The notes: generated by a model from the sequence alone, not told the origin. A stretch of DNA of 64,000 nucleotides from Callorhinchus milii (GCF_018977255.1 NW_024704742.1:50780001-50844000); one strand, 5' to 3'. Counted from the first letter of the stretch, positions 12,720-26,657 are shown. A program made the numbers and translations.

Positions 12720-13072
12720 GAGCCATGTAGCTCAGTGGTTAGAGCACTCGCCTCACAAGCGAGTAGACCTGGGTTAAATTCCCTGCAGGGCAAAATGTTG
12801 GGCAAGTTTCCTTACTCCACACGCCTCGGTTTACGCAGCAGTAAGTAGGAACATGGTTGTTAGTAGATTGGCAGATCGCTTTTCCGGGGAAATAATTCCT
12901 TCAAAAAAGTAATAATGACTCGGCAATTTCAATCCGCGGTTGTTTGTGGGCCACTGCTGTGTGCAATTGGCTGCCGCGTTTCACAGTCAATTCATTTTAC
13001 AGTATATTCTGTGAAGTACTTTGAGACGTCTCGAAGACTGATCAAGCGATATATCAAATGCAACAATCATTA
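12720..13072 (+). mobile_element. tRNA-derived Deu-domain SINE, long subfamily
   Basis: tRNA-like head, extra internal block AGTAAGTAGGAAC..GATCGCTTTTCC, Deu core and L2-like tail. Relatives at about 14070-14417(-), 23515-23870, 57667-58000 and 59173-59491. Confidence 0.85.
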
Positions 13073-13540
13073 CAACAACAATAAAATTACATTTGTATAG
13101 TACCTTTCATGTCAGGAGGATGTCCCAAGGCCCTGGACAGTCAGAGTTTTGGACCCAAGCTGGGGGTCGGGATTGGGGAGGGTGGAGGGCAGGGAGGAAA
13201 GCAGGTTGATCGAAAGCACGATCGAAGAGGAGGGTCTTGAAGGAGGCAAGGGAGTGGGCGAGGTGGAGGGACTGCAGGATGGAGTTCCAGAGGGTGGGGA
13301 CAGAGAGGCAGAAGGCCCATCTATCAATGTTGAGGCGGGCAAGGTGGGGGGCATGAAGCAGGCCGGAGCCCGCTGAGCGGAGGTAGTGGGCAGGATGGTA
13401 GGGGGTTAGGAGGTCTCGGGGGAGCAAGGCCATGGAGGTCTTTGAAGGTGAAGACCAGGAACTTGAACTGTATCCTCCGTGTGATGGGAAGCCAGCGGAG
13501 TCGGGCGAGGATGGGGTGATAGGGTCACGGAGCCTCATTA
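13072..13540 (-). mobile_element. L2 3' fragment
   Basis: LWNSIL...FKTLLFDRAF and tail, abutting the preceding SINE tail-to-tail. Confidence 0.85.
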
Positions 13541-14559
13541 TTATTATAGAGGTCGAGTTTAAAATGGTTGGTGAAAAGTGGAATGGGCTAGGGGGAAATT
13601 ATCCTAAATGAAGACATTGTAGAAAAGAAACAACAACTTGCATTTATTAGCACTTTTCATGTGGATACCATCTTGGAGTGCTGAGCAATGATGCAGATTT
13701 AGAATGCCAAGCCGGGGAGAAAGGGAAGGTGATCGTAGGTATAAAATAAGTGGTATAAAAGAAAAGTCTTCAGGTGTGAAAAATTCAAGTAATGATTTGC
13801 AACATTATTATACAACACTATATTACAATGGAATTTAGACTGAATATGCTAACTTATTTTTTGCTAACATTACTTAATTAGCTTTTTGAAAAACACAATT
13901 CAGTAAATACTTGAAAAATAATAAGGATGTGGAAAAATAGTAGTAGGAATGAGGTTTGAGCAGATAGTTCCAGTGTAGGATGTAGAACCAATGTGAATAT
14001 GATGGTCTGAATAGCTTTCTGTGCTTTACACATTTTATAAAATGTAAAGGCTATCTGAATAACAATAATCCATGTATTTGAGATAGTGCCTTATCACGTC
14101 TTTGAGAAGTCTCAAAATGCTACACAGAATATACCATAAAGTAAATTCACTGTATATTTTGTGGGCGAAACATGGCAGCCGATTTCTCACAGCAGCGTCC
14201 CATAAACAGTTATGGATTGAATGATCAAATTATTTATTTTTTGGAGGGATTATTATCCCCAGAAAAGTGATCCGCCAATAGACTAACAACCTTACTGCTG
14301 GGTAACCAGGAGTGTAAAGTAAGGACACTTGCCCAATGTTTCGCCACGCCATGCCCAGGAATCGAACCCAAGTCCTCTTGCTTGCGTGGTGATTGCTCTA
14401 ACCACTAAACTACAGAACTTAGTGGTCCTGTAGTCTGACAAGCAGGAGTTTGAAATAATCGAGCCTGGACATAATAAAGGTCTCAGCAGCTCTGAGAGAG
14501 AGCTTGTTACAGAGGTGAGAGGGTAATGCAGGCTGGTGAAAGCCAGTACAATACTAAAT

Positions 14560-16560
14560 TACATTTACTAAATTACAATACTAAAGCATCCCAAGGCACT
14601 GTACAGTCAGGGACTAGGACCTGAGCTGGGAGGGGGAGGATGTTGGGATCAGGGAGGGTGGAGGGCATGGTCGAAGTGAAAAGTTGAGGTGTGCCTTGAA
14701 GGAGGTAAGGGAGAGCGAGACAAAGGGAATATTGGATGGAGTTCCAGAGGGTGAGAACAGAGAGGCTGAAGGTCTGATTGCCGGGGCGGGCCGGGCAGGG
14801 GACGTGGAGCAGGACAGAACCTTCTGAGCAGAAGGAGCAGACAGGTTGATAAAGGGTTAACAGGTCAGTGAAGTAGGAGGGGACAAGGCCATGGATGACC
14901 TTGAAGGTGAGGACAAGAACTTTGAACTCGATCCTCTGAGGGATGGAGAGCCAGTGGAGCCGGTTGAGGGTGGGTGTGATGGGGTCATGGAGCCTAGTGC
15001 GGGAGGACATGAGCTGCAGAGTTCTGGATGATCTGCAGCTTGCGGAGGGAAGAGTTGGGGAGGCCAACAAGCAGGGTGTTGGCATAGTTGAGCCTGATTG
15101 TAATGAAGGTATGTATGAGGGTTGTGGTGACCTGAGTTGATGAGGCAGTGGCGGAGTTGGGCAATGTTGTGGAGGTGGGGGAAGGCAAAGCGGGTCATGG
15201 CACTGACCCTCAAGGACAGTTGAGGGTCGAACAAAACACCTAGGTTCCTGACTGGCTTTGGTGAAGTGGAGTGTCCATTCTTGGATGCTGATGCTGCCAG
15301 TGCCTGAGGTGTGGAGGTGCTGATGTTCAAAATGTAGAAAGTTGGCTCTCATCCAGGAATTGATGTCTGACAGGCATTCTGTCAGGACATTAGTGGTCCT
15401 GGAGTTGAGGGTGGAGCAGAGAGATAGAGTTGGATGTCATCCGTGTACATGTGGAAGTTAACCCCATGTCTGCAGATGATGTCACTAAGAGGGAGCATGT
15501 ACAGGTTAAAGAAGAGATGACCGAGGACAGAGCCCTGAGGAACACCGGGGGGCTTGAGGAGAAGCCATTTGTGGAGACAAAGTGGAACTGGTGTGAGATA
15601 AAATCTGAATCATTCAAGAACAGAATCTTGAAGGTTATGGTGAGAGGAGAAGTGATGGAGAAGGATGGAGTGGTTCACAGTGTCATAGGCCGCAGAGAGG
15701 ACGAGGAGACAGAAGAAGACAGAAAAATTTCATTTGTCACCTTGACCAGCCCTGTTTCCGGGCAGCACAGAAACCCGAATGGAGGGATTCGGAAAGGGAG
15801 TGGCAGGAGAGGAAGGAGTGAAGCAACAACTCTTTCAAGGACCTTGGAAAGGAAAAGGAGTTTGGAGATGGTAGTTAGTGAGCAGGGATGGGTCCAGGGA
15901 AGGTTTTGTTAGGATAGTGGTGATGACAGCTGTTTGTAGGGGGGTGGGAATGGTGCCAGTTGACAGGGAGAGGTTGATGAGATCAAAGTAAAGGGGCAAG
16001 GAGGTAGAGCTGGCAGGTGAGGGGTATGGATGGCGTCGAGGGAGTAGGTGGTGGGCCTCATGTCGGTTCTTTGGTGGTAAGAGAGGAGGGGTAGACAGGT
16101 TTGAAGGTGTGGAGGGAGGGATGGGTAGGGGCCGGAGTGTGAGAGAGAGATGGGAAAGGGGTGGCAGTACAGATCCCCTCGATTTTGGTCTCAAGGAAAT
16201 CCAGCATCTCCTCGCAGTTGTAGTTGGAGGAGAGGATGAGCGAGGTGTGAGAGGGTGGATGGAGGAGCCGGTTGGTAGTGGAGAAGAGAAGCTTGGGGTT
16301 ATCCTTGGCCTCCAAAATTACCTCGGAATAGAAGGATGATTTAGTGGAGGTGAGGGCGGACTGGTAAGATCTGCCAGATCAATCAGATTTGAACCAGGTG
16401 CGTTCAGCAGCATGCACCTGACCCTTGAGCGAGCGGAAATGACTGGTGTACCAGGGTGAGGTTCATGAGTAGAATGTGGGCTTGAAGGACACCTGGAGCG
16501 TTGAACAAGACACAGGTCCACACTTGTTCGGTGAGATGGAGTGAATGTCAATGCAGTGAG
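14560..16560 (-). mobile_element. Decayed L2 ORF2 fragment
   Basis: KDNPKLLFSTTNRLL, KPVRNLGVLFDPQL and LHWLSIPQRIEFKVL motifs in broken frames. Confidence 0.9.
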
Positions 16561-17229
16561 GTGAGAAGTAACTACACTCTGTATTCTATTTAAACAACAG
16601 AAGTGCTAAAATTAGATCTGGAACAAGAAACTGAGCTTTCTTTAATCAATGTTGCCTGCCCTAACTAAAGCCAAAACACTCAACTCTCCCAAGAAGTGTA
16701 GAACAGATAGCAACCAGACAGCTTAGATGTTATTTTATTCATGTCTGAGGGTATATAAAAAAATCATCAAGGACTGCAAAAACAAAACAAAATATAGTAG
16801 CCAACTACTAATGTATACAGTTTTATTTTACCCATTTTTAAATGACACTGGAGAACCACTATTTATTGTCTAATTCTAGTTTCCTTGGTGGACCATCTCT
16901 TTAAACTACAAAGTCATTCAACGACAAATATTTGGTCATAATTATGATCTAGAATCTGCTGGGCCCATTCTTGCTAATTTCAGCCTGGTTCCACCTTGTT
17001 GCTTATCAATCGCCCTCAGACCAAAAAGGAGCAAAAGTATACTTGCACATGACAGGAACCTATTTTTAATGTTAGAATATTTTGTTTTGTCTTTTGTGGC
17101 ATTAAGGTGGCTGCCACGTTGCAAGCTGTCCTGTAAAGGATCCTCCCACGATGCTGAAGGCAGATGTCCACCAGATAGTTGATTAGGAAACTCTGAGGTT
17201 TGGGGCCACTGCTGCTGGAAAGCATTGTG

Positions 17230-17750
17230 ACAACAACAACTTGCATTTATATAGCGCCCTTCATGCAGTATGCGTCCTGGAGGGCTTGACAGTGGAGGAA
17301 TCTGACAACAAGCCAGGGGGAGCGGGAGGTGACCGTAAGCACGATCAAAAAGGAAGGTCTTTAGGTGGGATTTGAAAGTGGGGAGAGAAGGGGCAAGGTG
17401 GAGGGATTGAGGGAGAGAGTCCAGAGTTTCGGGGCACAATGGCTGAAGGCATGGTCCAGCAATGGCGGAGGGGTCGAGGGACAAACAGGAGGCAGGAGCC
17501 AGCCGAGCGGAGGCAGAGCATGGTGGATAAGCAGATCGGGTAGGTAGGGAGGTGCAAGGGCATTTGAAAATGAATGAGAGGATCTTGAAATCGATCCGGA
17601 GAGTAATTGGGAGCCAGTGGAGTCTGGCGAAGTGTGATGGGGGTGGTGCTTGCCAAGGTGTAATGGGTGTACGGACTTTTGTGCGGGTGAGTATCTGGGC
17701 GGCGGAGTTTTGAATTAATTGAATTTTGTTTATGGTGGAGTTGGCCACAA
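17230..17750 (-). mobile_element. L2 3' fragment, second tail type
   Basis: LHWLPITLRIDFKIL, tail CTGCATGAAGGGCGCTATATAAATGCAAGTTGTTGTTG. Confidence 0.85.
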
Positions 17751-18084
17751 GCATACAATACGACAAAGCTATAAATTAAGTTAAAGTCATAATAAATAAT
17801 GGCAGTTAGGATCTGAGCTGGGTGGGCAAGCTAACCAACTTCTCATTAGAAGCCCCTCAATGGTACAGCTGTGCCTGCCTGTCCAAACACTCATTATTTC
17901 TAACTTTGGTGCTCGCCACTCACAAAACACATGGAATAATTTGAGACAGTGAGGCTTCACGCAGACGAGAAAGCAATTCTCTTATCAATTGACATACTGA
18001 GGCCGTGAGGCATCATGTAAACAAGGTAGTGGCATTCTTACCACCTGCAGGAGGGATATAGCTGAGAGAGTGAGGTGCTATGCA

Positions 18085-19897
18085 AACAAGATTTGCAACA
18101 TTCTTACTGCCAAATCGTCCTTCTACTCCAAGGTTATCTTGGAGGCAAAGGACAACCCCCAGCCGTCTCCTCCGTCCACCTTGCCATGCCTCATCCATCC
18201 TCTCCTCGAACTCCAACTGTGAGGAGATGCTGGATTTCCTCGAAACCAAAATCGAGGGAATACGTTCAGCCACCTCTGCCCCATCCACAGCCACTCCCGC
18301 ATCACCTCTCCCTCATGACCCACCCCCCACCCATCCCCCCCATACTCCTTCGACCCTATCTCTCCCTCCTTCCTCACCATGACTGTCTGCAAACTCAAAC
18401 CCACCACCTGCTCCCTCGATCCCATTCCCACCTCTCTCCTCATCTCCCAGCTCCACCTTTTGGCCCCTCTCCTGTCCAACGTCATCAACCTCTCCTTGTC
18501 AACCGGTTCAGTTTCCACCCCTCCTAAAAACAGCTGTCATTAACCCCATCCTGAAAAAACCTTCTCTGGACACATGCCTACTCTCCAGCTACTGCCCCAT
18601 CTCTAATCTCCCATTCCTCTCTAAGATCCTGGAACGAATTGTCGCTTCCCAGCTCTCCTTTCTCTCTCGCCATTCCTTCTTTGAACCCCTCCAATCCAAC
18701 TTTCGCGCTGCCCACAGCACGGAAACAGCTCTGGTCAAAGTCACTAATGACATTCTGAACATCTGTAATCAGGGCTCCCTCTGCCTCCTTGTCCTCCTCG
18801 ACCTCTCTGCCGCATTTGACACTGTCGACCACTTCATCCTCATACACCGCCTCTCCTTACTTAATCTTCGCGGACCTGCCCTTGCCTGGTTCGATTCCTA
18901 TCTCTCTCACCATCTCCACTTTGTTGCCTCTAATGGTTCCTCCTCCAGCCCCCGCACTGTCACGTCTGGCGTCCCCCAGGGCTCTGTCCTTGGCCCTCTC
19001 CTCTTTAATATCTACATGCTCCCCCTTGGTGACATCATCCGCAGACATGGGGTCAACTTCCATATGTATGCGGATGACACCCAACTCTATCTTTCTGCCT
19101 CCACCCTCAACTCCAGGACCACTGCTATCCTGACAGACTGCCTGTTGGACATCAAGTCCTGGATGAGGGCAAACTTCCTACAGTTGAATGTGAACAAGAC
19201 TGAGGCCCTCCTGATTGGCTCGCGCCAGCGCCTCAGCACCTCAGGCTCTGGCAACGTCAACCTCCACGGTTGCACACTTCAACTCATCAAGCCAGTCAGG
19301 AACCCAGGTGTCTTTTTCGACCTACAACTGTCTTCTTCCCCACATCCAAGCCATGACCTGCTCTGCTTTCCCTCACTTCCGTAACATCATCCGACTCCGT
19401 CACTACCTCACCTCTCAGGCCGCTGAAACTCTTATTCATGCCTTCATCACATCCAGGCTCCACTATGCAAATGCCCTGCTTGTCGGCCTTCCCAACTGCT
19501 CCCTCCATAGGCTGCAGATAATCCCGAACTCTGCAGCCCGTGTCCTCCCCTGCACCAAACTCCGTGACCCCATCTCCCACATTCTCGCCGGTTTCGGCCT
19601 GCTCCACGTCCCCCGATCCACCCACCCCACCATTGGCGGGAGAGCCTTCAGTCACTCTGCCCCCATCCTCTGGAACTCCATCCCTCAATCACTCCGCCTC
19701 GCCCCCTCCTTAACCTCCTTCAAGTCCCGCCTCAAAACCCTACTCTTCGACCATGCCTTTGGTCACCCCCCCTTCCCCTCTCCTCCCTTCTCCCCCTTGA
19801 CCCCAGCTTGCGTCTGAAATGCTGTACACTGTCCAGTGCCTTGGGATGTCCTCCCGACGTGAAAGACGCCATACAAATGTAATCTTGTTGTTGTTGC
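18085..19897 (+). mobile_element. 5'-truncated L2 element
   Basis: [13 protein letters not shown] (18968 onward), HMYADDTQLYL, C-terminal LWNSIPQSLR and (TTG)n tail. Confidence 0.92.
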
Positions 19898-21149
19898 CTG
19901 TGCCTGACCCGGGTGTGAGGCCGCTGCACCATTCAACAGACCCCTTGGCTCACCTACTCTTCTGGGACTCCATCCCCGAGTGACAGCGTTCCCCGGAGTC
20001 ATGACGTCACTATCGCCGCAGTGAGAAGGCTTGCCAGGTAGTGCCCTCAAAGGCAAGCTATGCGGTTTTAGATGGTTATACTCCAGCAGAACCCCAACGC
20101 ACACGCTGGTGTCCCCAAGCCTTGGCTCTTGGCAACTAACCTGTTCCTAATACTTTCCAGAATTAGGTAAGGAGGATGTGCTCCAGGGAGAGAGTACATA
20201 TTCCATTCTAATAAATATCTCTGGAATGTTCAAGCATGGGATGGTGGGATGCAGAGAACCCTCAGTTTGGTTTGAATACTCTTAAGCACGTGTCAGGTAG
20301 CTGGCTGACACCCCCCCCCCCCCTGCCCCCACCAAAATTACTCCTGGTCTCTCTTCCACCATCGAACAGGATCATTTATTACAAGTCATGGCTAGCTTCA
20401 TAAAATCTCACAAATTGACGGATGTTGCAGCAAGGTGTGGGTTGGAGGCAATTGGATATGTAAGAAGTTGCTTGGAGTTTGGGGGGGGGGGGAGGGGGGC
20501 GAGTAGACATACCCAGAGGTTGCAGTACGTGTATCTGGGAGAAAGTTATTGGAAACATTGTTGCAGGGAATGTGTGTTGAGGGGAGATATTGGACAGGAC
20601 GGACTTGGGCAGAGCTTGCAGTGACTTAAGTGTGTGTTGGTGTTGAGGGGGTAGGGGGCAGACTATACCGGGGGTATTGGACAGGGTGGACATTTATTTT
20701 TGGTCAGCTGAGTGTCTGACACATGCAGAAACCCATCAGCGTGCTTAAGAGTACCCAAACCAAGCTGAGATTCCATGCATCCCACCTACACGTGGAAATC
20801 CCAGAGATAGATTGTTGGAATGGAATGTGCATCCTCTCCCTGGAGGGACGCACCCTGCCCACCTAATTCCTACAAGTATTAGGCGCAGGTATCGAGTCAC
20901 TGCCCCTGGTGCCTGGTCTGCCGATGAACCATGTGCTGCCATCAGCAATGCCCTGGAATAATAATGATGATAATAATCCTTGCGTTTGATATCACGCCTT
21001 ATCTCGTCTTTGAGGCGTCTCAAAGCGCTTCACAGAATATACTGTGAAGTGAACTGACCGTATTTTGTGGGAGAAACGTGGAATGGGGACACGGGCAGAG
21101 CAGAGATCTGCAGTGAGGGAGCGAGGGCTGAGGGGGGGGTGGGGGAGGG

Positions 21150-21550
21150 GTTGGACAGGGTGCAATGAGGAAGGAGAGCAGAGAGGCGCATGCGCCGTGG
21201 AGCACGTGACGGGGGCGGGGAAGTATCGGCGCCGTGATTGGCTGAGGCGCGGGTGGGCTGCGCAGGCGCTGTGCTGGCATTTCGTGCGGCGGTTGAATCA
21301 GCTCCGCTTCTCACAGCCGCCAAAACGCTCCTCGGCCTCGTATGACTTCCACTGCCACTAAATCCCCTCTCACGCTGCCTGCGTCTTCCCAGGCGAGTCT
21401 CAAACGGTGAGTGCCTCTCGCTGACCTGCCCGCGCCGCTCCCTCTTCCCACCCGAGCCCCCGCCTCCCTCTGCCGCCGTCAGGGCTGGAGAGGCTCAGAA
21501 ATTGAGCTCGGAGACTGACTCCTCCTGTAGGCCCGGCCCCGGCCGGGGAG
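21150..21550 (+). promoter_or_regulatory. CpG-island promoter of the UBE3A-like gene
   Basis: Palindromic GGCGCATGCGCC (21185-21196, NRF1 type), CACGTGAC (21203), GC box GGGGGCGGGG (21211), GGAAGT, inverted CCAAT (21237), followed by a CG|GTGAGT donor at 21406/21407. Confidence 0.8.
21342..21406 (+). CDS. UBE3A-like putative first coding exon (MTSTATKSPLTLPASSQASLK-R)
   Basis: 65 nt from ATG to donor, phase 2, in frame with the exon at 27620. Kozak context is weak and no homology is recognisable. Confidence 0.55.
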
Positions 21551-22249
21551 TGGGGTGTGTGTGTGGGGGGGGTGTTTTAATATAGATTTTAAACTGCTCC
21601 TCTTGAAAGATTTCAGCAATATATATATATATGTATATATTTTTGGGGGTTGGGGACATTTTAAAGGTTCGATCCTGTCAGGTTTTGGGCCCTGTCGTGT
21701 TTTTTTTTAATGTGTTGCGCACACACACACACACACACACACGCACACACACACACACTCGCGCGCGCACATTTTTTTTTAAAAAAAACAAATTGGAAGA
21801 GAGGGTTCAATCTGATTTTTTTTAAAACAAAAAGAAGGATCATTGATTGGTATCGCTTTCTCCCTCCTGCGAAATTGTTGTGTTGTAGGAGTTTGCATTG
21901 CGGATCAGAGTATCGCTCAGCGGAGTTGCAGTAATGTCTGGTTGTTCTATCCATCTATCTATCCATCTATCTTAGTTACTGAATGTTTTGGGGGCTGTAG
22001 CGTGCTTACGAAGTAATAATAATTTGTTCATATGATCTTGTGCTTTGATTATATTCTTAGTCACAAAATGAACCTAATAATCTTGCACTTGATGTAGTGC
22101 CTTATCGCATTGTCTAGATGTCTCAAAGTGCTTCACAGATTATACTGCAAAGTGAATTGACTATGTTTTGTGGGTGAAGCGCAGCAACCAATTGCGTACA
22201 ACAGTGTCCCACAAGCAGTTGTGGATTGAGTAATAAAATTATTATTAAT

Positions 22250-22870
22250 ATTATTAATCCCAAAGAGAAGTAAAGGAGCAAAATGACTTGGGGATTCAGA
22301 TCCACAAATCTCTATAAGTAACTCACAGATAGATAAGGCTATTAAAAAAGGCCAATGGGCTTTGGGGCTTTACGACCAGAGGGATAGAATATAAAAGTGA
22401 AGATGTGATGCTGAATTTGTACTATGGTTAGACCATATTTGGAGTACCGTGGCCAATTCTGGTCTCCGCACTATAAGGATATAGCATTGATGGAAAGAGT
22501 ACAATAATTTGCATTTATATAGCGCCCTTCACGCGCGGTAGCATCCCTGAGCTCTTAGGCCTTTTTTCATTAAAGAAACAATGTTTAAGAGGGGACCTAA
22601 TAGTGATGTTTATAAAAGAGTTCAATAAGATTAACAAAAATAGACTGTTTCCACTGTTTGGGGAGTCCATAACTAGGGGACACAAGTGTAAGATAGCGAC
22701 TAGAGGATATAAAAGAGAATTTAGGACGAACAACTTCACACAGTGGGTAGTGAGATTGTGGAGCTTGCTGCCTGAAATGATGGTTGAATTGGATAGTATA
22801 GATGCATTCAACGGAAAGCTGGATATACACGTAAGGGAGAAGGGAATAGAAGGGTGTGGGAGAGAGTAAA
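22250..22870 (+). mobile_element. CR1 ORF2 3' fragment
   Basis: RGIEYKS..VMLNL, TRGHK.K, FTQWVVRLWSLLP and DAFNGKLD motifs. Confidence 0.8.
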
Positions 22871-24489
22871 GAGTGGGTGAAGACTTGAGTGAAGTATAAA
22901 CACCACAGCTGTCTGAGCTACGAAGTGATCCAAGCTGACATGCAGGTGGTCTACAAATGTACAATTTGTAAATTTTACAGTTTGTAAATTTACATTCATT
23001 CTATTGCACTTTTATCAATTGGGTTACAAAAAGTTGAACTATCAGTATTTTATTTAGTGTTGGTCTAGGCCGATGCTTCATTGCAGTGCTGCAGATCATT
23101 GTCAGATATCTGTCCTTCAGAAGACACATTAAACTGAGGTCCTGTCTACTTGTTCAGGTGGATAATAAAGATCCTGTGAAAAGAGAAGTGAGTTTTGCCT
23201 GGTGTCCTCCAGATAAAATTAGTCATTCACTTAATGGTAGTTTGTGGGACTGGACTGGGTTTAAATTGACTGCTGGGTTCACTAACAAAGACTCAATCAC
23301 CATACTTCACAGTAAAAATCCTGTTAAATGGTTTGAGATGTTTGATAATATAATTAGGTGCTACAACAATGCAAGGATTATTCATTCTTGAAGTAGCAAA
23401 AGGTTATGGGGCAGGAAGAAGGTGGTTGGAGAAATCTAGAACTTAAGACTGCAGAGAATGGTGGTGTATTAGTGCTCCAACTTGCTGAATTATTTCCTCT
23501 CCCTAATAGGGAATTGGCCTGTAGCGTATTGTTTGTAGCATCCTCACTAGCAAGAGGACCTGGGTTTGATTCCCGGGCAGGGCTAAACGTTAGACAAGTT
23601 TCCTTACTCCACATGCCTTAGTTTACCTAGAAATAAGTAGTCGATTGGCAGATCGCTTTTTTGGGGGTAATAATCCCTTTCAAAATAAAAATAAATNAAA
23701 AAATAAATAATAATTTGGCCATGACTGGGACACTGCTGGGCGCAATTGGCTTTTGCGTTTTGCCCACAGAATATACAGTCAATTCACTTTACAGTATATT
23801 CTGTGAAGCACTTGAAGAAGTCTCAAAGATGTGATAAGGCGCTTTATCAAATGCAAGGGTTATTATTATTGTGTTGTGGGGGCTTGACTTGCCCACGTGC
23901 TGTTATGAGTTCTTTATCTTTTTCTGACGGTATTCTGCTGTGCTATCAGGAAGGCATGTAAGTGGGATGATTTCCTGCCGCCAGTCACTGGTCTGCCCTT
24001 CCATGTCCTGCCAATGAGCAAAGGCCAGTTGTGCTATCATTAGCATCGCCATCCTTACAATGAATATATGGAGGGAAACAAAATCCTTGCTTTTAGCTTA
24101 ATACATTATCTTGTGACATTGCAAAAGGTGTGTTTTTAAAAAATATATTTTCAGTGGGCATGGAAATTGAGAGCAACAGAATTGATACCCAATGTTAAGG
24201 GATGATGAATGATAAGATATGCTAGGGTTCCACAGCCTCAAAATGAGACTTCTTAGAGGAGATCTTGTCAAGCTATGTCAAATAAACTTTTTTAATACAT
24301 CACCATTCTCTGCAGTCTTATCAAACTACGTCAAATAAATCAGTTATCAGCTATGCTAATAAGGCAGTAGGATGCGCAGTTACAAGTTCAGAATTGGGAT
24401 TATAGTTTTAAGAATGGCACCGGGAGGTCTATATGTTTACATAGAGGGTAATCAACAGATTGGAGAATAGGTAAGTTAAATGCCATAAG

Positions 24490-24930
24490 AATAATAATCC
24501 TTCCATCTGGTATAGGGCCCTTCATGTGAGGGAGGAATGTCTCAAATTGCATATCAGGATATCCTGTAAAATGCAATGACTGTGTATACTTTGTGGGTGA
24601 ACACAGCCAATTTGCGCACAGCAGTATCCCCAAAACAGCCATGTAATGAATAACCAATATTGTTTGGGGATTATTGGCCAGAACTGGGAGAAACCCTTTC
24701 CTCTTTTCGAATAGCTCCATGGGATCTTTAACATTCACCTGAACAGGCAGATTGGGCCTTGGTTTAATAGCCACAGTCTCAGCCAAAGGATAGCACCTCC
24801 AACAGTGCAGCACATCGCTGGCGTTTGAGTGTCAGCCTAGACTGTCTGAGTTCTAAGTTTTGAGGCAGGACTTCCACCCACAACCCTCTGATTCAGAGGT
24901 GAGATTGCTACCAAGTTAGTCATGTTGACA
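24490..24930 (-). mobile_element. Older DeuSINE (SacSINE1-like) copy
   Basis: CTAGGCTGACAC..GCACTGTTGGAGG..GTTCAGGTGAATGTTAAAGATCCCATGG..AAATTGGCTG. Relatives at 23060-23380, 25990-26390 and 48355-48575. Confidence 0.7.
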
Positions 24931-25989
24931 CACCATATAGTGGACTGCTTTTAAGAAAAGGCTTGATACTGTATTGTAAAATGGTATGATTGGTATTTTG
25001 AATGGATGAGATCAAATGAATTCAAAAATCTTATCCATTTGTACCTCTCTTGTAATCTTGTGGTTGTCAAAGCTGTGAACAAGGATACTCTTTTACTTAG
25101 TTGTGAATTACTTGGTTGTGGTGGGATTTGGCATTATGGTTGCTAACAGATCAGTCATCTCGTACTTAGCTAATTGAATTTACTGTCTTGGTCATCAAAT
25201 TCCTCCATGATCTCACCTACTCTTCCACCAACTATATAATTATCTCCAGCCATAAAATCCAACCAATGCCTCTGCTTTTTTGATCCTAACGTATTGTTTC
25301 CTATTTCCTCCTTTCCACTATTAGTTGATCTTTCAGCTATTTTGCTCCTGTCCCATGGAATTTGCTTCCAAAACTGTTTCCCTTAAAATACAAGAAATGT
25401 ATAGCACACTTCATTATAGTGCAGGTCTGTTTATTAGTAGTCAGTCACTTATAATTGAAAGTGCTGTATTCTCTGGTCTTGCCCGGCGAGCTTCCTGCTC
25501 ATAGATGCAGAAGGTCTCCCAGCAACTAATTGCGTCTCAGCAACTGCTGAACCTGAGGTCTGCACAAGGTTTCACATTCCTTCACCTTTTGCTAAGCTCT
25601 GCTGGATTCTTGTCCCCCAAATAGCCAAGTTCCTCATTTTCAAATTAAACACAATTCTGTTTCAACATCTGTAATTTTCTCCAGGCCTACAACTTGGCTG
25701 ACGCTACCTGCTCCACTGACCCACTCCCGTTTCCACTGTTTCACTCTGCTATTGCTTGCATTGCTCCCTAAATCTTCTCTTTGACCATGCAATCGGACAT
25801 CTACAAATTCCTCACACATCTTGCTTCGGGTTCACTGTGTCCATTGTTTTGAAATACCTAATTGCTGTTGTATTCCTAAAAGAACATCTCAAAGCACTCC
25901 TGTACTTTTGAGATATCCTTTTAGGTATACAACAATAATTTATATAAAGGCACGTTATTGTTTATGGGTAGATGTTTGAATTGTGTCAG

Positions 25990-26390
25990 CCTGGCTCAGT
26001 GGTAGCACTCTCACCTCTTGAGGCAGAAGGTTCTGGGTTCAAACTCCACGTCGGGACTTGGAATCGTATTGTCTAGGCTGACACGCCAATGCAGTTTGTT
26101 GCATTGTTGGTGGTGCCGTCCTTCAGATGAGACATTAAACCCTCTGCCTATTCAGGTAGACATTAAAGATCTCATGACTCAATTTGAAAAGAATATGGAG
26201 TTTCTCCCGGTACACTGGCCAACAATCCCCCTCCCCCGGCCCCATATTAATATTGGTCACTCATCCATGTCTGTTTGTGGGATGTTACTGGGCACAAATT
26301 CCACATGCAAAATACAGTCAATCCACTTTACAGTATATCTTATGAAGTGCTTTGAGGTGCCTTAACGCGATAAGGCAGTAAATCAAATGC
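25990..26390 (+). mobile_element. Older DeuSINE (SacSINE1-like) copy
   Basis: GGCTCAGTGGTAGCACTCTCACCTC head, TTCAGATGAGACATTAAAC body, Deu core. Confidence 0.75.
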
Positions 26391-26657
26391 AACAACAAGA
26401 CTGCATTTATAGAGTGCCTTTCACATCGGGAGGACGTCCCAAGGTGCTGGACAGTTGGGTCGGGACCCGAGCAGTGGGGGCAATGGTCAGGGTGAGGGGA
26501 GGGAAGGGAGGGAGCGAGGAGAGCTGAAGGCATGGTTGAAGAGAAAGGATTGCAACGAATATAAGGCTTATTATAATTGGTGTTTTCAAAATATTATTGA
26601 ATAGATTTCATAGACAGTGACGGCAGTTCGAACTGTAAATTTAATTGCACAGAAAGA

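Noticed and set aside
8000..19897. Active or domesticated reverse-transcriptase gene
   Set aside because: Every L2 copy is frameshifted or truncated. No continuous ORF2.
23950..23963. Micro-exon ending AT|GTAAGT that would supply the UBE3A start codon
   Set aside because: It would be only 8 nt from the nearest AG, with no homology support. Kept only as a testable alternative.
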